Part shown: piece by piece, positions 20,346 to 29,642 of the stretch
Numbering within the stretch: the stretch's first letter is position 1
Layout of the letters: each line of letters begins with the position of its first letter
NCBI GenBank assembly: GCA_965227295.1
Contig: OZ245742.1
Coordinates: forward strand, 256,001-320,000
Direction: 5' to 3'
Origin: Leptonemataceae bacterium
GTDB taxonomy: Bacteria > Spirochaetota > Leptospiria > Leptospirales > Leptonemataceae
Length of the DNA: 64,000 nucleotides
The notes under the pieces: generated by a model
What the model was told of the DNA's origin: nothing
The model's input: only the letters and a program-made list of their open reading frames with translations
Databases searched by the model: none
Made by a program: the position numbers and the translations under genes

Positions 20346-21851
20346 ATGTCTCGCCTGGCCGAGATTTTTTCCCCCGCGAATACGGCCGGACTACTGCCGA
20401 ATAATCCCTGGCTCGCTCTCTTCCAGAAGAACGACTGGCCGGAGTATCTCCAGCTCATCGCCCTGCTCTACGACGCCGTCGAAACGGACGGCCCGCGCGT
20501 GGAGTACGACCTCGCCCGGATCATCATCGAACACTTCTACGAAGATCGCGATCCTGACAGCCGGGTACAAAAAGCGAGTCAGTTCTATCGCATGGCCGTC
20601 GACGAGTTGGAGATCTTACGCGAGATCTACAGCAACACCGGCGAGCGATTGGTAATCGCCACGCGCAACGGAAAAAATCTTTTGCGCATCTGCGAAGAAC
20701 TCATCCGTAGCCGCCGCCGTTTTTCCGGCACGGGAGCGGACGTCATGCTCGGCGCACTCAACGAACTTCTGTTGTATCGTCATCCGATTCCGTTACAGGA
20801 TGCGATTGCGCATCACCAACAGCGCATCGCGGAGTACGAACAAGACATGGACCGCATGCGCCGGGGCGGCGTACAGGCCAGTGAGTTTCTCGGCGACGGT
20901 TCTTCGCCGGAAGAACTCTTCGTGCAGGCCGAAGAAGCGGCCCGGCAGATTCTCCTCGCCGGTGAAGACATCAAAGACGCCATCGAAACGGCGCGCCGGG
21001 ATCTGGCGCAGAGCTACCGCAATCCGGAGTTCTCGGCGGGCCAGGCCATCCAGCACGTAGCTGACTTTCATGTTAAGTTACGGAGTAGCCCCGAGTATGC
21101 GAGCTTTCGGCGCGCAAGCGATCTGCTGTCGTTCATCGACGGATTGGGCGGACGCTTTCGCGAAAAGGACGTCTCGCATATCTTTTTTCTACTGGGATCG
21201 CGCGGCACCGTGCCGAAAGATCTTCTGCACAGTAGCGATCTTCGCCGTTTCTCGGATCGCTTCGCCGGTCTGGAACGAGAAATCGCCGCGAAGATCAGCG
21301 AACAGTTGAACATCCTGCGTGTTCAGGTGCATTACGTTCTGGAAAACACGGGCGGTCGCGCGCAGGCGGACCTGAGCGAATGGATGGCGCTGATGAGCAA
21401 CGCCGGCACCGCGGCCCTCGACTTTCTCGGCCGGGAAAGACTGGAGTACAATGTCGGCCTCGACGTCGACATTGGGCCGGTGCAACCGAATCCGCTGGAA
21501 GTCGAGTTCGACGTGACAGCGTATCGCCCGGAGCGCAACGAACTGAACGAGGACGAATGGCGACGGATGCACGAGCTCCTGCTCTCCACGGAAGAAGCGA
21601 CCATCGGTCGGGTCGTCGAGCGCATGCGGGACTATCTTTCGCGCAACGGATCGGTTCGGCTTTCGGAATATCCGATCGAGTCGGGCATACCGGAAATTTA
21701 CATTCTGTCGAACATTGAATCCTACGCGGACGATATCCGTTCCGAGTTTCTAAACTACGCGGACATCGCCTTTCATTCGAAGGCCGGCGCCGAATTCATT
21801 GTTCAGGACCTCGCCGACCGCCGGTTTTCGTTCATGGAGCAGGCATCGTGA
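20346..21851 (+). CDS. jetA: Wadjet JetA (DUF3375-like kleisin)
   Basis: 501-aa helical protein, first in a four-gene operon with jetB/C/D; weak direct motif evidence. Confidence 0.7.
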   Translation: MSRLAEIFSPANTAGLLPNNPWLALFQKNDWPEYLQLIALLYDAVETDGPRVEYDLARIIIEHFYEDRDPDSRVQKASQFYRMAVDELEILREIYSNTGERLVIATRNGKNLLRICEELIRSRRRFSGTGADVMLGALNELLLYRHPIPLQDAIAHHQQRIAEYEQDMDRMRRGGVQASEFLGDGSSPEELFVQAEEAARQILLAGEDIKDAIETARRDLAQSYRNPEFSAGQAIQHVADFHVKLRSSPEYASFRRASDLLSFIDGLGGRFREKDVSHIFFLLGSRGTVPKDLLHSSDLRRFSDRFAGLEREIAAKISEQLNILRVQVHYVLENTGGRAQADLSEWMALMSNAGTAALDFLGRERLEYNVGLDVDIGPVQPNPLEVEFDVTAYRPERNELNEDEWRRMHELLLSTEEATIGRVVERMRDYLSRNGSVRLSEYPIESGIPEIYILSNIESYADDIRSEFLNYADIAFHSKAGAEFIVQDLADRRFSFMEQAS

Positions 21852-22534
21852 CGACGAACGCATCTGAGTTTGAAAAACCTGGCTCCGCCGTCGAGCCCGA
21901 CCTGGCGTTGGCAGGCATCATTCGCGGCTGTCTCTCGCGACGCTTCATCCTGCGATCCGAGCGCCAGAAACTCTTTCTCTCCATTGTCGAACAACGGGGC
22001 GACCTCAGCGATTACTTCAGCCGGATGGGTGCCCGGCTCGTCGTCGACGAAGGCCTGGGCATCGCCTATCTCCAGTCCCTGCCGGAACACGACGAGGACA
22101 TCGACTACCGTCTGGGCCGAACGAAACGCCTGAGCGCGCTCGAAACTCTGTTGCTCTTCGTGCTGCGCTGGTATCGTAACAACTACTTCTTCGGCGACGG
22201 CGAGGCGGACATGGAGATGCCCGTCATCGACGTCGAACGCATCCGCGAAATGCTCGAAGAGTACAAGCCGGCGAAAGCCGAGCGCGCCTTCGAACAAAAA
22301 CTGAAACGTGCCATCGATAATTTCAGCGATCTAAAAATCTTACTGAAGACCGATCATCCCGAACGCTTCGCCGTCTCCCCCGTCACCGACGTCCTGCTGC
22401 CCGCCGACGGCATTGAACGCTCGCTGAACCGGGCCCGTGATTACTTCGCGTCCACGACGCAAGACGAAGCAGATGCACCGTCTTCGGACGAAGACAATGC
22501 GAATCCCGACGCGAACGCGGATTTGGACTCTTAA
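21848..22534 (+). CDS. jetB: Wadjet JetB (DUF4194-like)
   Basis: LSDYFSRMGARLVVDEGLGIAYL...LSALETLLLFVLR pattern typical of DUF4194; GTGA overlap. Confidence 0.8.
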   Translation: MTTNASEFEKPGSAVEPDLALAGIIRGCLSRRFILRSERQKLFLSIVEQRGDLSDYFSRMGARLVVDEGLGIAYLQSLPEHDEDIDYRLGRTKRLSALETLLLFVLRWYRNNYFFGDGEADMEMPVIDVERIREMLEEYKPAKAERAFEQKLKRAIDNFSDLKILLKTDHPERFAVSPVTDVLLPADGIERSLNRARDYFASTTQDEADAPSSDEDNANPDANADLDS

Positions 22535-22547
22535 CAGGAACCCCGGT

Positions 22548-25500
22548 TTGAACGCGAACAACAACGGAAAGACCGAGAAGAACGGGCATCACGGAAATCG
22601 CCCGGTCAACATAAGCCTCGGTTACACGTTGCAGCGCGTCGAAACTCTCGACTGGGGCAACTTACGCGGCTGGCAGCCCATTGAACTGAGTCTCGCCGAC
22701 GGCGGCTCGCGCCTGTCGTTGATCGCGGGCATCAACGGCTCCGGTAAGTCCACCATCATCGACGGCATCATGACGGTGCTGCTCCCGTTCAAGCAGCTCC
22801 TGCAACTCGGCGTGACCCACGACTTCGAAGAAGGCCGGTCCGGTTCTCGGAACGTCGATGACTACCTGCTCGGCAAACACGCGGCGACGGGCGGTGATGC
22901 CGTCGAAGACGATCAGGTCTACAGCCGCGACACCGGCGTTTCGTGCATTCTCCTGGTCTTTCGGCACAACGAAAATCCCGAACGCTGGCTGAGCCTGGCG
23001 CGCGTGTGGTGGTACGCCGGTCGCAAGATCCGCGAAGATTCAGCGAATATCATCGCCCGGGAAAATCTGACGATCGGTGCGAGCGACGCGCGCACGCCGG
23101 AAGACGAGGGCGGCGGCCTCTTTCAAACGCCGCGACTCAGTCTGTGCGACGATGCCGGTCACATGTTCGCGAGTCTCGCCGCCATGAAGCGCGGCCTGCC
23201 GCAAAAGAGCGACCGCATTCAGGTCTTCGACCGCGTGAACCAGTACTTCGAAACGCTGCGCAAGTATCTCGGCGGCGTCAGCAAAGAAGATCTGCGCATG
23301 CTCAATCGCGCCTTCTACATGAAGTCCATCGGCCACATCGACCGCTTCATTCGCGAGCACATGCTCACCGAGATGGAGCACGAATCGATTCACTCTTTGA
23401 TTCAACATGTCAAGCAGGCCGCGGAGATTTCCCGGGACATCGCCAGAAGCGAAGAGCGCGTCGTAGCACTCAAGGTGATCACCGGCAACCTGCGCACGTT
23501 TCGCGAACACCAGATTCGCATCGAAGCATGCCGGCTGGAAATTCGACTCCTGCGAATCTACGAAAAATGGGCGGAACGCCGGGACATCGAACTCGAACTG
23601 ACGAAACTGGGGCACGGCATCGAGACGGCGGAGGCGCAGCTCCCCGGACTTCGGCAACGCGTGGATGATGCCGAACGGGAGTCCAACAAACTCCAGCAGG
23701 AGCTGAACGCCAGCGAAGGCATCCTGCGCCTGGAACGCCTCAAGGACGATCGCAAGAATCTCGAGAAAGACATGAATCTCATGCGCCGGGAGCGCGAGAC
23801 CGTGGAAGAACGCTGCGTTCGTCTCGGACTGGAGCGGCCGAAATCCTTCGAGGGGCTGCCCGCGTTCCGGGAGGCCGTGAAAGAAGTTCGTAGCGGCCTG
23901 GTAAACGAGGCCGCGGAATTTGCGGCACATCAAAAACAGGTGCACATCCGCGAAGGCGAGCTACGCACGGAGACGGAACGCGTACGCGGTGAGATCGAGT
24001 TTCTCTCGAAGAACCGCACCGTCATCGATGAGCAGACCTACCGGATAAAAACGCGCTGCTTCGAGGAACTCGGCTTAAGTAATACGGATTTGATGTTTGT
24101 GGGCGAGCTCATTCGCGTGAAAGCGGACGCCCATCAGTACCGCCGCGCGGTGGAATCGGTGCTCGCCCCCATCTCTCGCAACCTGCTCTGCGCTCCGCAT
24201 TGCCTGGACGATGTCACCGAATGGTTGAATCGCACGCAGCTCCGCCGCACCGTCGTAATGAAGCGCATCCGATCGGAAGAACTCGAGGCCCGGCCGGCGG
24301 AGAAGGCCGCAAAGGATTCCATCCTGAATCGCATCGAGCTGCGACCGCGCGAAGACCATCCGTTCTACGACTATCTCTGGAACTGGTTGCGCGCGGAGTT
24401 TTATCATCGCGTCGTCGGCGTCGAAGAACTCCGCAGCAGCGTCGACCGCGCGGTTACCGTCGAAGGCCTGGTAAAATCGGACCGCCGGACGCAACGAAAG
24501 TACAAAGAAAAGCTGGAGTACAGTTTAGGCTGGGACAGCCGGGAACGCCAGGCAGAACTCGTCCGGAATTTGAACGCGCTCCAACGAGAAGACGAGCAGA
24601 TTCGCGCGGAAAACGCCGCCCTTGAAGAACGTCGGCGGGACCTGTCCGCCCGGGAACGCGATGCGGACGATTTGCTCAAAGAAGCCCACGAATACCTCGG
24701 TCTCCCGGAGCACGAAGAACGCTATGTCCGGCTGGAACAGGAAATCCTCGTTCTGGAACGAGACGACACGGATTTGAACGCCCTGCGGGAACTTGCCGAA
24801 GAAAGCAAACGCCGCTACGGCATGCGACAACGCGAATTGGTCCAGCTCGAACAGAACCTCGAACACGATCAGCGGAACCGGGAGAAGCTGACAAACGAAC
24901 GCGCGGATCTGGAATCGATCATCAATGATCGCCTGGGAGTTCCCCCGGAAGGAGATCGGCGGCCGCTCCGCGAGGCGGTCCCGGACTGGGAGGAGCGTCT
25001 TAAGTCTATTCAGCAAATTCTTAGTGTAAAGAATCTACAGGTTCACGAATACGAACGCGAGATTGAATCGGAGATCAACAGCCGCACGCTGAGTCGCAAC
25101 AATACGCACGTCCGGGATCGCTTGAAAAACTACCAGGAGGATCATCACGATCCGAATTTGCCGGCAGACTTTCATCCCGAAACCGTCACCGTGGACGGCA
25201 TCGATCGTTTCCTGGAAGCGTGGAACGAAGCCCTGGAACGCCTGGAATCGACCGGACTGCCGGCCGCTCGCGAAAAATGGACGCGCTTTTACAATGACAC
25301 GCTCATCGACGCCATTAAGGCCGCCGTCAACGAAATCCGCACGCAGCAACGCGAAGTCGAAACGAACATCGCCAGCATCAACTCGGTGCTGCGCGGGGTG
25401 GACTTCGAACGTCTGCCGGAGGGCAATCGTTATCTTAAGATCGAGGCGCAACGCAGCAACGATACCCGCGTCCGTCGTTTTCTGAAAGACGTCAAAGAAG

Positions 25501-26132
25501 TCGAGGGTGTTCTCGCCGGAGATATTCGCGGTCTCGGAGCGTCCGAAAACGCAAAACAAACGATGGCGGTGCTGGAACCGTTCGTCGAAAGCCTGACGGA
25601 AGATCCGAATTATCAGGCCTACGTCGTCGACGTGCGCAATCATCGCACGTTCCAGGTGCACTCGCTGCGCCGCAATCCCGACGGCGAAGACGTAGTCGTC
25701 GAACGCTTTGCGGGCGCGCGGACGGATTCCAAGTCGTCGGCGCAGACCGCGCAGCTGGCGTACACTCTGCTCGCGTCTTCGCTGGCGTATCGTTTTCATT
25801 TTCATACGCCGGCGCGCGGGCAGGACAGCTTGCGGCTGATCATCCTCGACGAGTTCACGAGCAAGTTCGATAACGAGAAACCCCACGACGTCATTCGCCT
25901 GCTGACCGACATGGGCTTCCAGGCCCTGCTGGTAAGTCCGCTGGACAAGGCCGATCTCCTGGCCGAGCACATCAATCGGCTGGTCTTCGTGTTCAAGGTT
26001 TCGGCCGAGGAATCCAAGGCGTATTCGCATCCGATTCGTTCACGCAAAGACTACGATCGCCTCATGGAAAATGCCAGGCAAATCATGCGTGCCGGGCAAC
26101 CGGCTGGAACCGAGCGAAATGCGGGAGCGTAA
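22548..26132 (+). CDS. jetC: Wadjet JetC SMC-like ATPase
   Basis: DWGN, Walker A GINGSGKST, long coiled coils, LAYTLLASSLAY, Walker B IILDE; TTG start inferred. Confidence 0.88.
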   Translation: MNANNNGKTEKNGHHGNRPVNISLGYTLQRVETLDWGNLRGWQPIELSLADGGSRLSLIAGINGSGKSTIIDGIMTVLLPFKQLLQLGVTHDFEEGRSGSRNVDDYLLGKHAATGGDAVEDDQVYSRDTGVSCILLVFRHNENPERWLSLARVWWYAGRKIREDSANIIARENLTIGASDARTPEDEGGGLFQTPRLSLCDDAGHMFASLAAMKRGLPQKSDRIQVFDRVNQYFETLRKYLGGVSKEDLRMLNRAFYMKSIGHIDRFIREHMLTEMEHESIHSLIQHVKQAAEISRDIARSEERVVALKVITGNLRTFREHQIRIEACRLEIRLLRIYEKWAERRDIELELTKLGHGIETAEAQLPGLRQRVDDAERESNKLQQELNASEGILRLERLKDDRKNLEKDMNLMRRERETVEERCVRLGLERPKSFEGLPAFREAVKEVRSGLVNEAAEFAAHQKQVHIREGELRTETERVRGEIEFLSKNRTVIDEQTYRIKTRCFEELGLSNTDLMFVGELIRVKADAHQYRRAVESVLAPISRNLLCAPHCLDDVTEWLNRTQLRRTVVMKRIRSEELEARPAEKAAKDSILNRIELRPREDHPFYDYLWNWLRAEFYHRVVGVEELRSSVDRAVTVEGLVKSDRRTQRKYKEKLEYSLGWDSRERQAELVRNLNALQREDEQIRAENAALEERRRDLSARERDADDLLKEAHEYLGLPEHEERYVRLEQEILVLERDDTDLNALRELAEESKRRYGMRQRELVQLEQNLEHDQRNREKLTNERADLESIINDRLGVPPEGDRRPLREAVPDWEERLKSIQQILSVKNLQVHEYEREIESEINSRTLSRNNTHVRDRLKNYQEDHHDPNLPADFHPETVTVDGIDRFLEAWNEALERLESTGLPAAREKWTRFYNDTLIDAIKAAVNEIRTQQREVETNIASINSVLRGVDFERLPEGNRYLKIEAQRSNDTRVRRFLKDVKEVEGVLAGDIRGLGASENAKQTMAVLEPFVESLTEDPNYQAYVVDVRNHRTFQVHSLRRNPDGEDVVVERFAGARTDSKSSAQTAQLAYTLLASSLAYRFHFHTPARGQDSLRLIILDEFTSKFDNEKPHDVIRLLTDMGFQALLVSPLDKADLLAEHINRLVFVFKVSAEESKAYSHPIRSRKDYDRLMENARQIMRAGQPAGTERNAGA

Positions 26133-27293
26133 ATGATAGATGAGATCGAGAAACTTTTCGATCTTGAATCTTATCTCGATCGAGCTGAAAAAGACTTCTT
26201 GTTAAACGGCCGGGAAGAATTTCGGTTCTCCTTGCGTTTTACGCGGCGCGTGAAAGCCGGTCACGATCGCTTCGAAAAAGAAATTCGCGCCTTTGATTTT
26301 CTGCGCTTAGACTACGGTCGCACCGTTCGCAGCGGTCATGTGCGCGTCGGACGTATCAGCGAGATTGCCTTCGACATCGAAGACCTGCTGCGCCTGCGGC
26401 CGGAGTTACGTGTTGTGCGGCGGGCGTTTCTACAGGCATTCGATACGTCGTCGGCTTCCGCGGTGCGCACCTACGTGCAAAACAATTACGCGTTATGCCG
26501 GCGCAAGTTCGAAGTACTGCCGGACTGCGTTGATGTGCTCGAGTACCTGTTCGCGCATCGCGAATCCGTTCGCGGCCGGTACTGCCGGCAAATCCCGCAC
26601 GGAAAATCTACCAAGCTGATTGGACGGGAAGCGCTACTCCTCGGACTCTACGAAGCCGTACGACGCGAGCGCAGCGAAAATTCCGACGGCAATCAGCAGG
26701 CACTGAAAATTCGGTGGAGCGATTTCGTTGCCGACTTTGATCTGAGAACGAAGCCGGCGGCCTTTCTCTTCTGGGCATCCCGGCTTCGCATCGACGGACA
26801 TGCCATCGAAAATTTCGACGCGCTTCTGAGTGACGAAAATATTGATCGATTAACCTTTCCGGAAGTAAAGTTTGCGCTGATCGTAGAAAACGAAGAGACG
26901 TTCTACAGCGTTCGAGACGCCCTGCGAGATTTTTCGGCTCCGGCAGTGTTGATTGCCGGCGGCGGCGCGGCCGTCGGCGGCGCCGGTTTTCTCGCCGGGG
27001 TGCTGCAAGCCCGCCCGCATTATTACTGGGGCGACATGGACGCCTCCGGCTACGAAATCTTTCACGGCGCACGAAGCGTGTTTCCCGCATTGGAACCGCT
27101 GCTGATGAATCATGAAAGCCTGCGTCGCTACGAAAGTGTCACGCAGCAAGTCGCTCCAGTGAACCCCAGAACGGCGCGGGTTCCGCTCCTGGATTCCGAG
27201 TACCGCCGGGTGTGCCGGGACGGGTTGCGCATCGAGCAAGAGCACATTGCCATCGAAGACCTTCTTCAAATCCTCGAAGAATCGCTGCGCTGA
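26133..27293 (+). CDS. jetD: Wadjet JetD Toprim nuclease
   Basis: LIVENEETF, YYWGDMDASGYEI, RIEQEHI (DUF2220-type motifs). Confidence 0.88.
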   Translation: MIDEIEKLFDLESYLDRAEKDFLLNGREEFRFSLRFTRRVKAGHDRFEKEIRAFDFLRLDYGRTVRSGHVRVGRISEIAFDIEDLLRLRPELRVVRRAFLQAFDTSSASAVRTYVQNNYALCRRKFEVLPDCVDVLEYLFAHRESVRGRYCRQIPHGKSTKLIGREALLLGLYEAVRRERSENSDGNQQALKIRWSDFVADFDLRTKPAAFLFWASRLRIDGHAIENFDALLSDENIDRLTFPEVKFALIVENEETFYSVRDALRDFSAPAVLIAGGGAAVGGAGFLAGVLQARPHYYWGDMDASGYEIFHGARSVFPALEPLLMNHESLRRYESVTQQVAPVNPRTARVPLLDSEYRRVCRDGLRIEQEHIAIEDLLQILEESLR

Positions 27294-27322
27294 CGGCGGA
27301 AATCAATCATCGCGTTGGATCT

Positions 27323-27916
27323 TCAATCCACCTCGAACATCTCCGCCCCCTCCGGCCCCACGTTCCACGCCGTCGCACGCTCCTCTTCTAACAGTAATCG
27401 CGCAGAAGTTACGACGCACGCCGCCGTCGTCGTAATGACCGGCAGAAAACCGTCGCCCTCGCACGTCGCCTGGCCGGGCACGTCCTCGGAGTCCACGACG
27501 AACTCACTGTCCGGCCGCACCGCGGCGAAGCTGCCGTCCGCGGCGAGACCGGCGTGAATGCAGGCGATGCCGTGTGCACGCACGAACTCCTGCACGAGCA
27601 ACCGCGATTCCGCGTTATCGAAACATTCGATGACCAGGTCCCGGCCGCCGAGCAACGTCTCCACATTCTCCGGCGCAAGCCGCACGGAATAATCCTGCAA
27701 CTTGCGGCCGAAGAAATTCTGGAACTGCATCTTGAGCGCGACGGCCTTGTTCTTGCCGACCATGGGCTTCACGAACCACTGCGACACCAGGTTCTTCGTC
27801 TCCACACGATCGAAGTCCACGACGGAAAGATCCGCGGCGAGCCCGCGCGCCGCGTAAACGACGTGCGAACCCAGGGCCCCGCCCCCGCAGACAATGATGT
27901 TCTTCGCAGCGCTCAT
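27323..27916 (-). CDS. Stand-alone E1/ThiF-family adenylyltransferase
   Basis: GGGALGS, DFDRVETKNL..Q, GKNKA, ECFDNAESR, candidate catalytic Cys in ATCEG. Confidence 0.9.
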   Translation of the reverse strand: MSAAKNIIVCGGGALGSHVVYAARGLAADLSVVDFDRVETKNLVSQWFVKPMVGKNKAVALKMQFQNFFGRKLQDYSVRLAPENVETLLGGRDLVIECFDNAESRLLVQEFVRAHGIACIHAGLAADGSFAAVRPDSEFVVDSEDVPGQATCEGDGFLPVITTTAACVVTSARLLLEEERATAWNVGPEGAEMFEVD

Positions 27917-27919
27917 TGC

Positions 27920-28174
27920 TTAACCTGCGCCGAACGGAACTTTAGGCCGAATCACGTAACGCGTTTCCCGACCGCGGCCCGCGCGAAAGCGGTCGATCAC
28001 GAAATGATCGAACGCACCCGACGGCACATTCCCGGCGCGGATGCCCGGAACTTCACCGGCACGCACGGCTTCTTCGGCAATGCGGCGGATCGTTTCATCG
28101 TGCACGTTGTCTTCCAGTTCCACCGGGTAGTTGCCCGACTGGCCGTTGTATGTAATGTTCAGAATCACTTTCAT
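27920..28174 (-). CDS. Putative ubiquitin-like (beta-grasp) protein
   Basis: 84 aa, beta-beta-alpha-beta pattern, ends PKVPFGAG; lies between JAB and E1; GAGGT RBS. Confidence 0.65.
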   Translation of the reverse strand: MKVILNITYNGQSGNYPVELEDNVHDETIRRIAEEAVRAGEVPGIRAGNVPSGAFDHFVIDRFRAGRGRETRYVIRPKVPFGAG

Positions 28175-28196
28175 CTTACATGTACCTCGAAAGAGT

Positions 28197-28550
28197 TCAC
28201 GAGCGCCCGAACGAAAGTTCGCGCAGCGTCTCAAGCCACCACGGCGCATCTTTGCGCACACGATTGCGACCCCGGCAACCCCACCGGCTCAAATAGCCGC
28301 TTCGCGTAACCACAGACCAATGAAACTTAAGCCCCGTGGCCGCCTCCACCGCTTCCATCGTCGTGCGGTCCTCCTCCGAAAACCGCAGCATCTCACCGGG
28401 ATGCGTATGCACAATCTCGGCAATGTCCGCGCGGTGTTCCCAGATCGTTTCCCAGCGCTCCCGGGCGTCCGGAATCGCCGCTTCGCTGCCGTAGTAGATC
28501 CTTAAGATCGTACCGGCTTTTGTTAAAATAAAACACACCTCGCGCATCAC
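28197..28550 (-). CDS. JAB/JAMM (MPN+) metallopeptidase
   Basis: N-terminal Glu plus exact HxH-x7-S-x2-D motif (HTHPGEMLRFSEED). Confidence 0.88.
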   Translation of the reverse strand: MMREVCFILTKAGTILRIYYGSEAAIPDARERWETIWEHRADIAEIVHTHPGEMLRFSEEDRTTMEAVEAATGLKFHWSVVTRSGYLSRWGCRGRNRVRKDAPWWLETLRELSFGRS

Positions 28551-28556
28551 ACAAAC

Positions 28557-29471
28557 TCAGCCGCGGCGATACACATGCAGTTGATGCGTGGCGATGGCCT
28601 CGCGCACCGCCGACGGCAGACTCGACAGATTCAACTCCTGGTCCGCCCCGTCGAGACAAATCCCCGCGTCGAGAATCTGCAACGTCGCGCGATCCACGAC
28701 GCACTCGTACTTCTCGCCGCCGAAGCGGTACTTCACGATCGCCTGGTCGCCGCCCTGGCTGCGCCAGTCCACCAGCTCCGCGCCGGTGTGCGCGAGGGCC
28801 GCAATGACACGATCATCGAACGTCTCGTCGCGGCGACGACGATCGCGCACGAGTTCTTCCAGCTCACGTTCCGCGACGGCGCGACGCTCGGCCTCGCGAC
28901 GCAGGTACGCTTCTTCTTCGGCACGCAACCGGGCGAGCTCCGCCGCCTGGTGTTGCAGTTCGCGATCGAAGACCGCGGCCGCGTACGCGCTCGCGAGCGA
29001 AGGCACCACGCCTTTTACGTGATCGATGCCGCGGCCGTCGCGATGTACGCTGCCTTCTTCAAAGGCGTCGCGCACCTGACCTTCGGCTTCGCTCTCGAAA
29101 CCGATGCCGGTAAAAATGTAGTGCCCGTCGTACCACACCCGCGCGGTGATCGGGGCGAAACGTTCCGGCGGTTCGTTCGCATCGATGCCGAAGATGTTTT
29201 TCTGAAACGTATCCCCGACGAAGCGGCCGTTATAAAAGTGACCGCTGACTTCTTTGAGATCCGCATGATCTTCCAGCGCCGTTCGCGCCGTGTCTTCGTC
29301 GAGGGCCTCCGCGACTTCCACGAAGCGGCCCTGTTCGCGGAAACGATACCAGCCCGGCGCCGGTCGTTCTTTCAGGCGATACGCGCGCTCCGCGTCACAC
29401 ACCCGGTCGCCGCCGAAGTACGGCAACACCAGTTCGCGATCGCCGCCCTGTAGAAATGCGCGATAGTCCAT
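28557..29471 (-). CDS. Hypothetical protein (globular N-terminus, coiled coil, C-terminal domain with ILDAGICL)
   Basis: 304 aa from MDYRAFL; 6 bp upstream of the JAB gene; the longer ORF extension overlaps ncRNAs and is rejected. Confidence 0.8.
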   Translation of the reverse strand: MDYRAFLQGGDRELVLPYFGGDRVCDAERAYRLKERPAPGWYRFREQGRFVEVAEALDEDTARTALEDHADLKEVSGHFYNGRFVGDTFQKNIFGIDANEPPERFAPITARVWYDGHYIFTGIGFESEAEGQVRDAFEEGSVHRDGRGIDHVKGVVPSLASAYAAAVFDRELQHQAAELARLRAEEEAYLRREAERRAVAERELEELVRDRRRRDETFDDRVIAALAHTGAELVDWRSQGGDQAIVKYRFGGEKYECVVDRATLQILDAGICLDGADQELNLSSLPSAVREAIATHQLHVYRRG

Positions 29472-29635
29472 AAACGATCTCTGTAACAGAGGCACGCGAG
29501 TGCGAAACAGTTTTTTCCTTCGCAGGAAAATTCCGGATTCGAACCGGAACGGTGGACAACCGTTTGCTCCCATAGCAAATCTCAAATGCTTGTTACTGTA
29601 ATTCCGATTGCATGCCTCTATTGCAGAGATCGTTT
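29472..29635 (-). ncRNA. Y-RNA-like structured RNA 1 with tRNA-like multibranch domain
   Basis: Ends pair over about 25 bp (AAACGATCTCTG.AATAGAGGCATGC / GCGTGCCTCTGTT.CAGAGATCGTTT, G-U pairs favour minus strand); four inner hairpins including T-arm TTCCGG-TTCGAAT-CCGGAA. Confidence 0.75.
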
Positions 29636-29642
29636 CGGTGGA

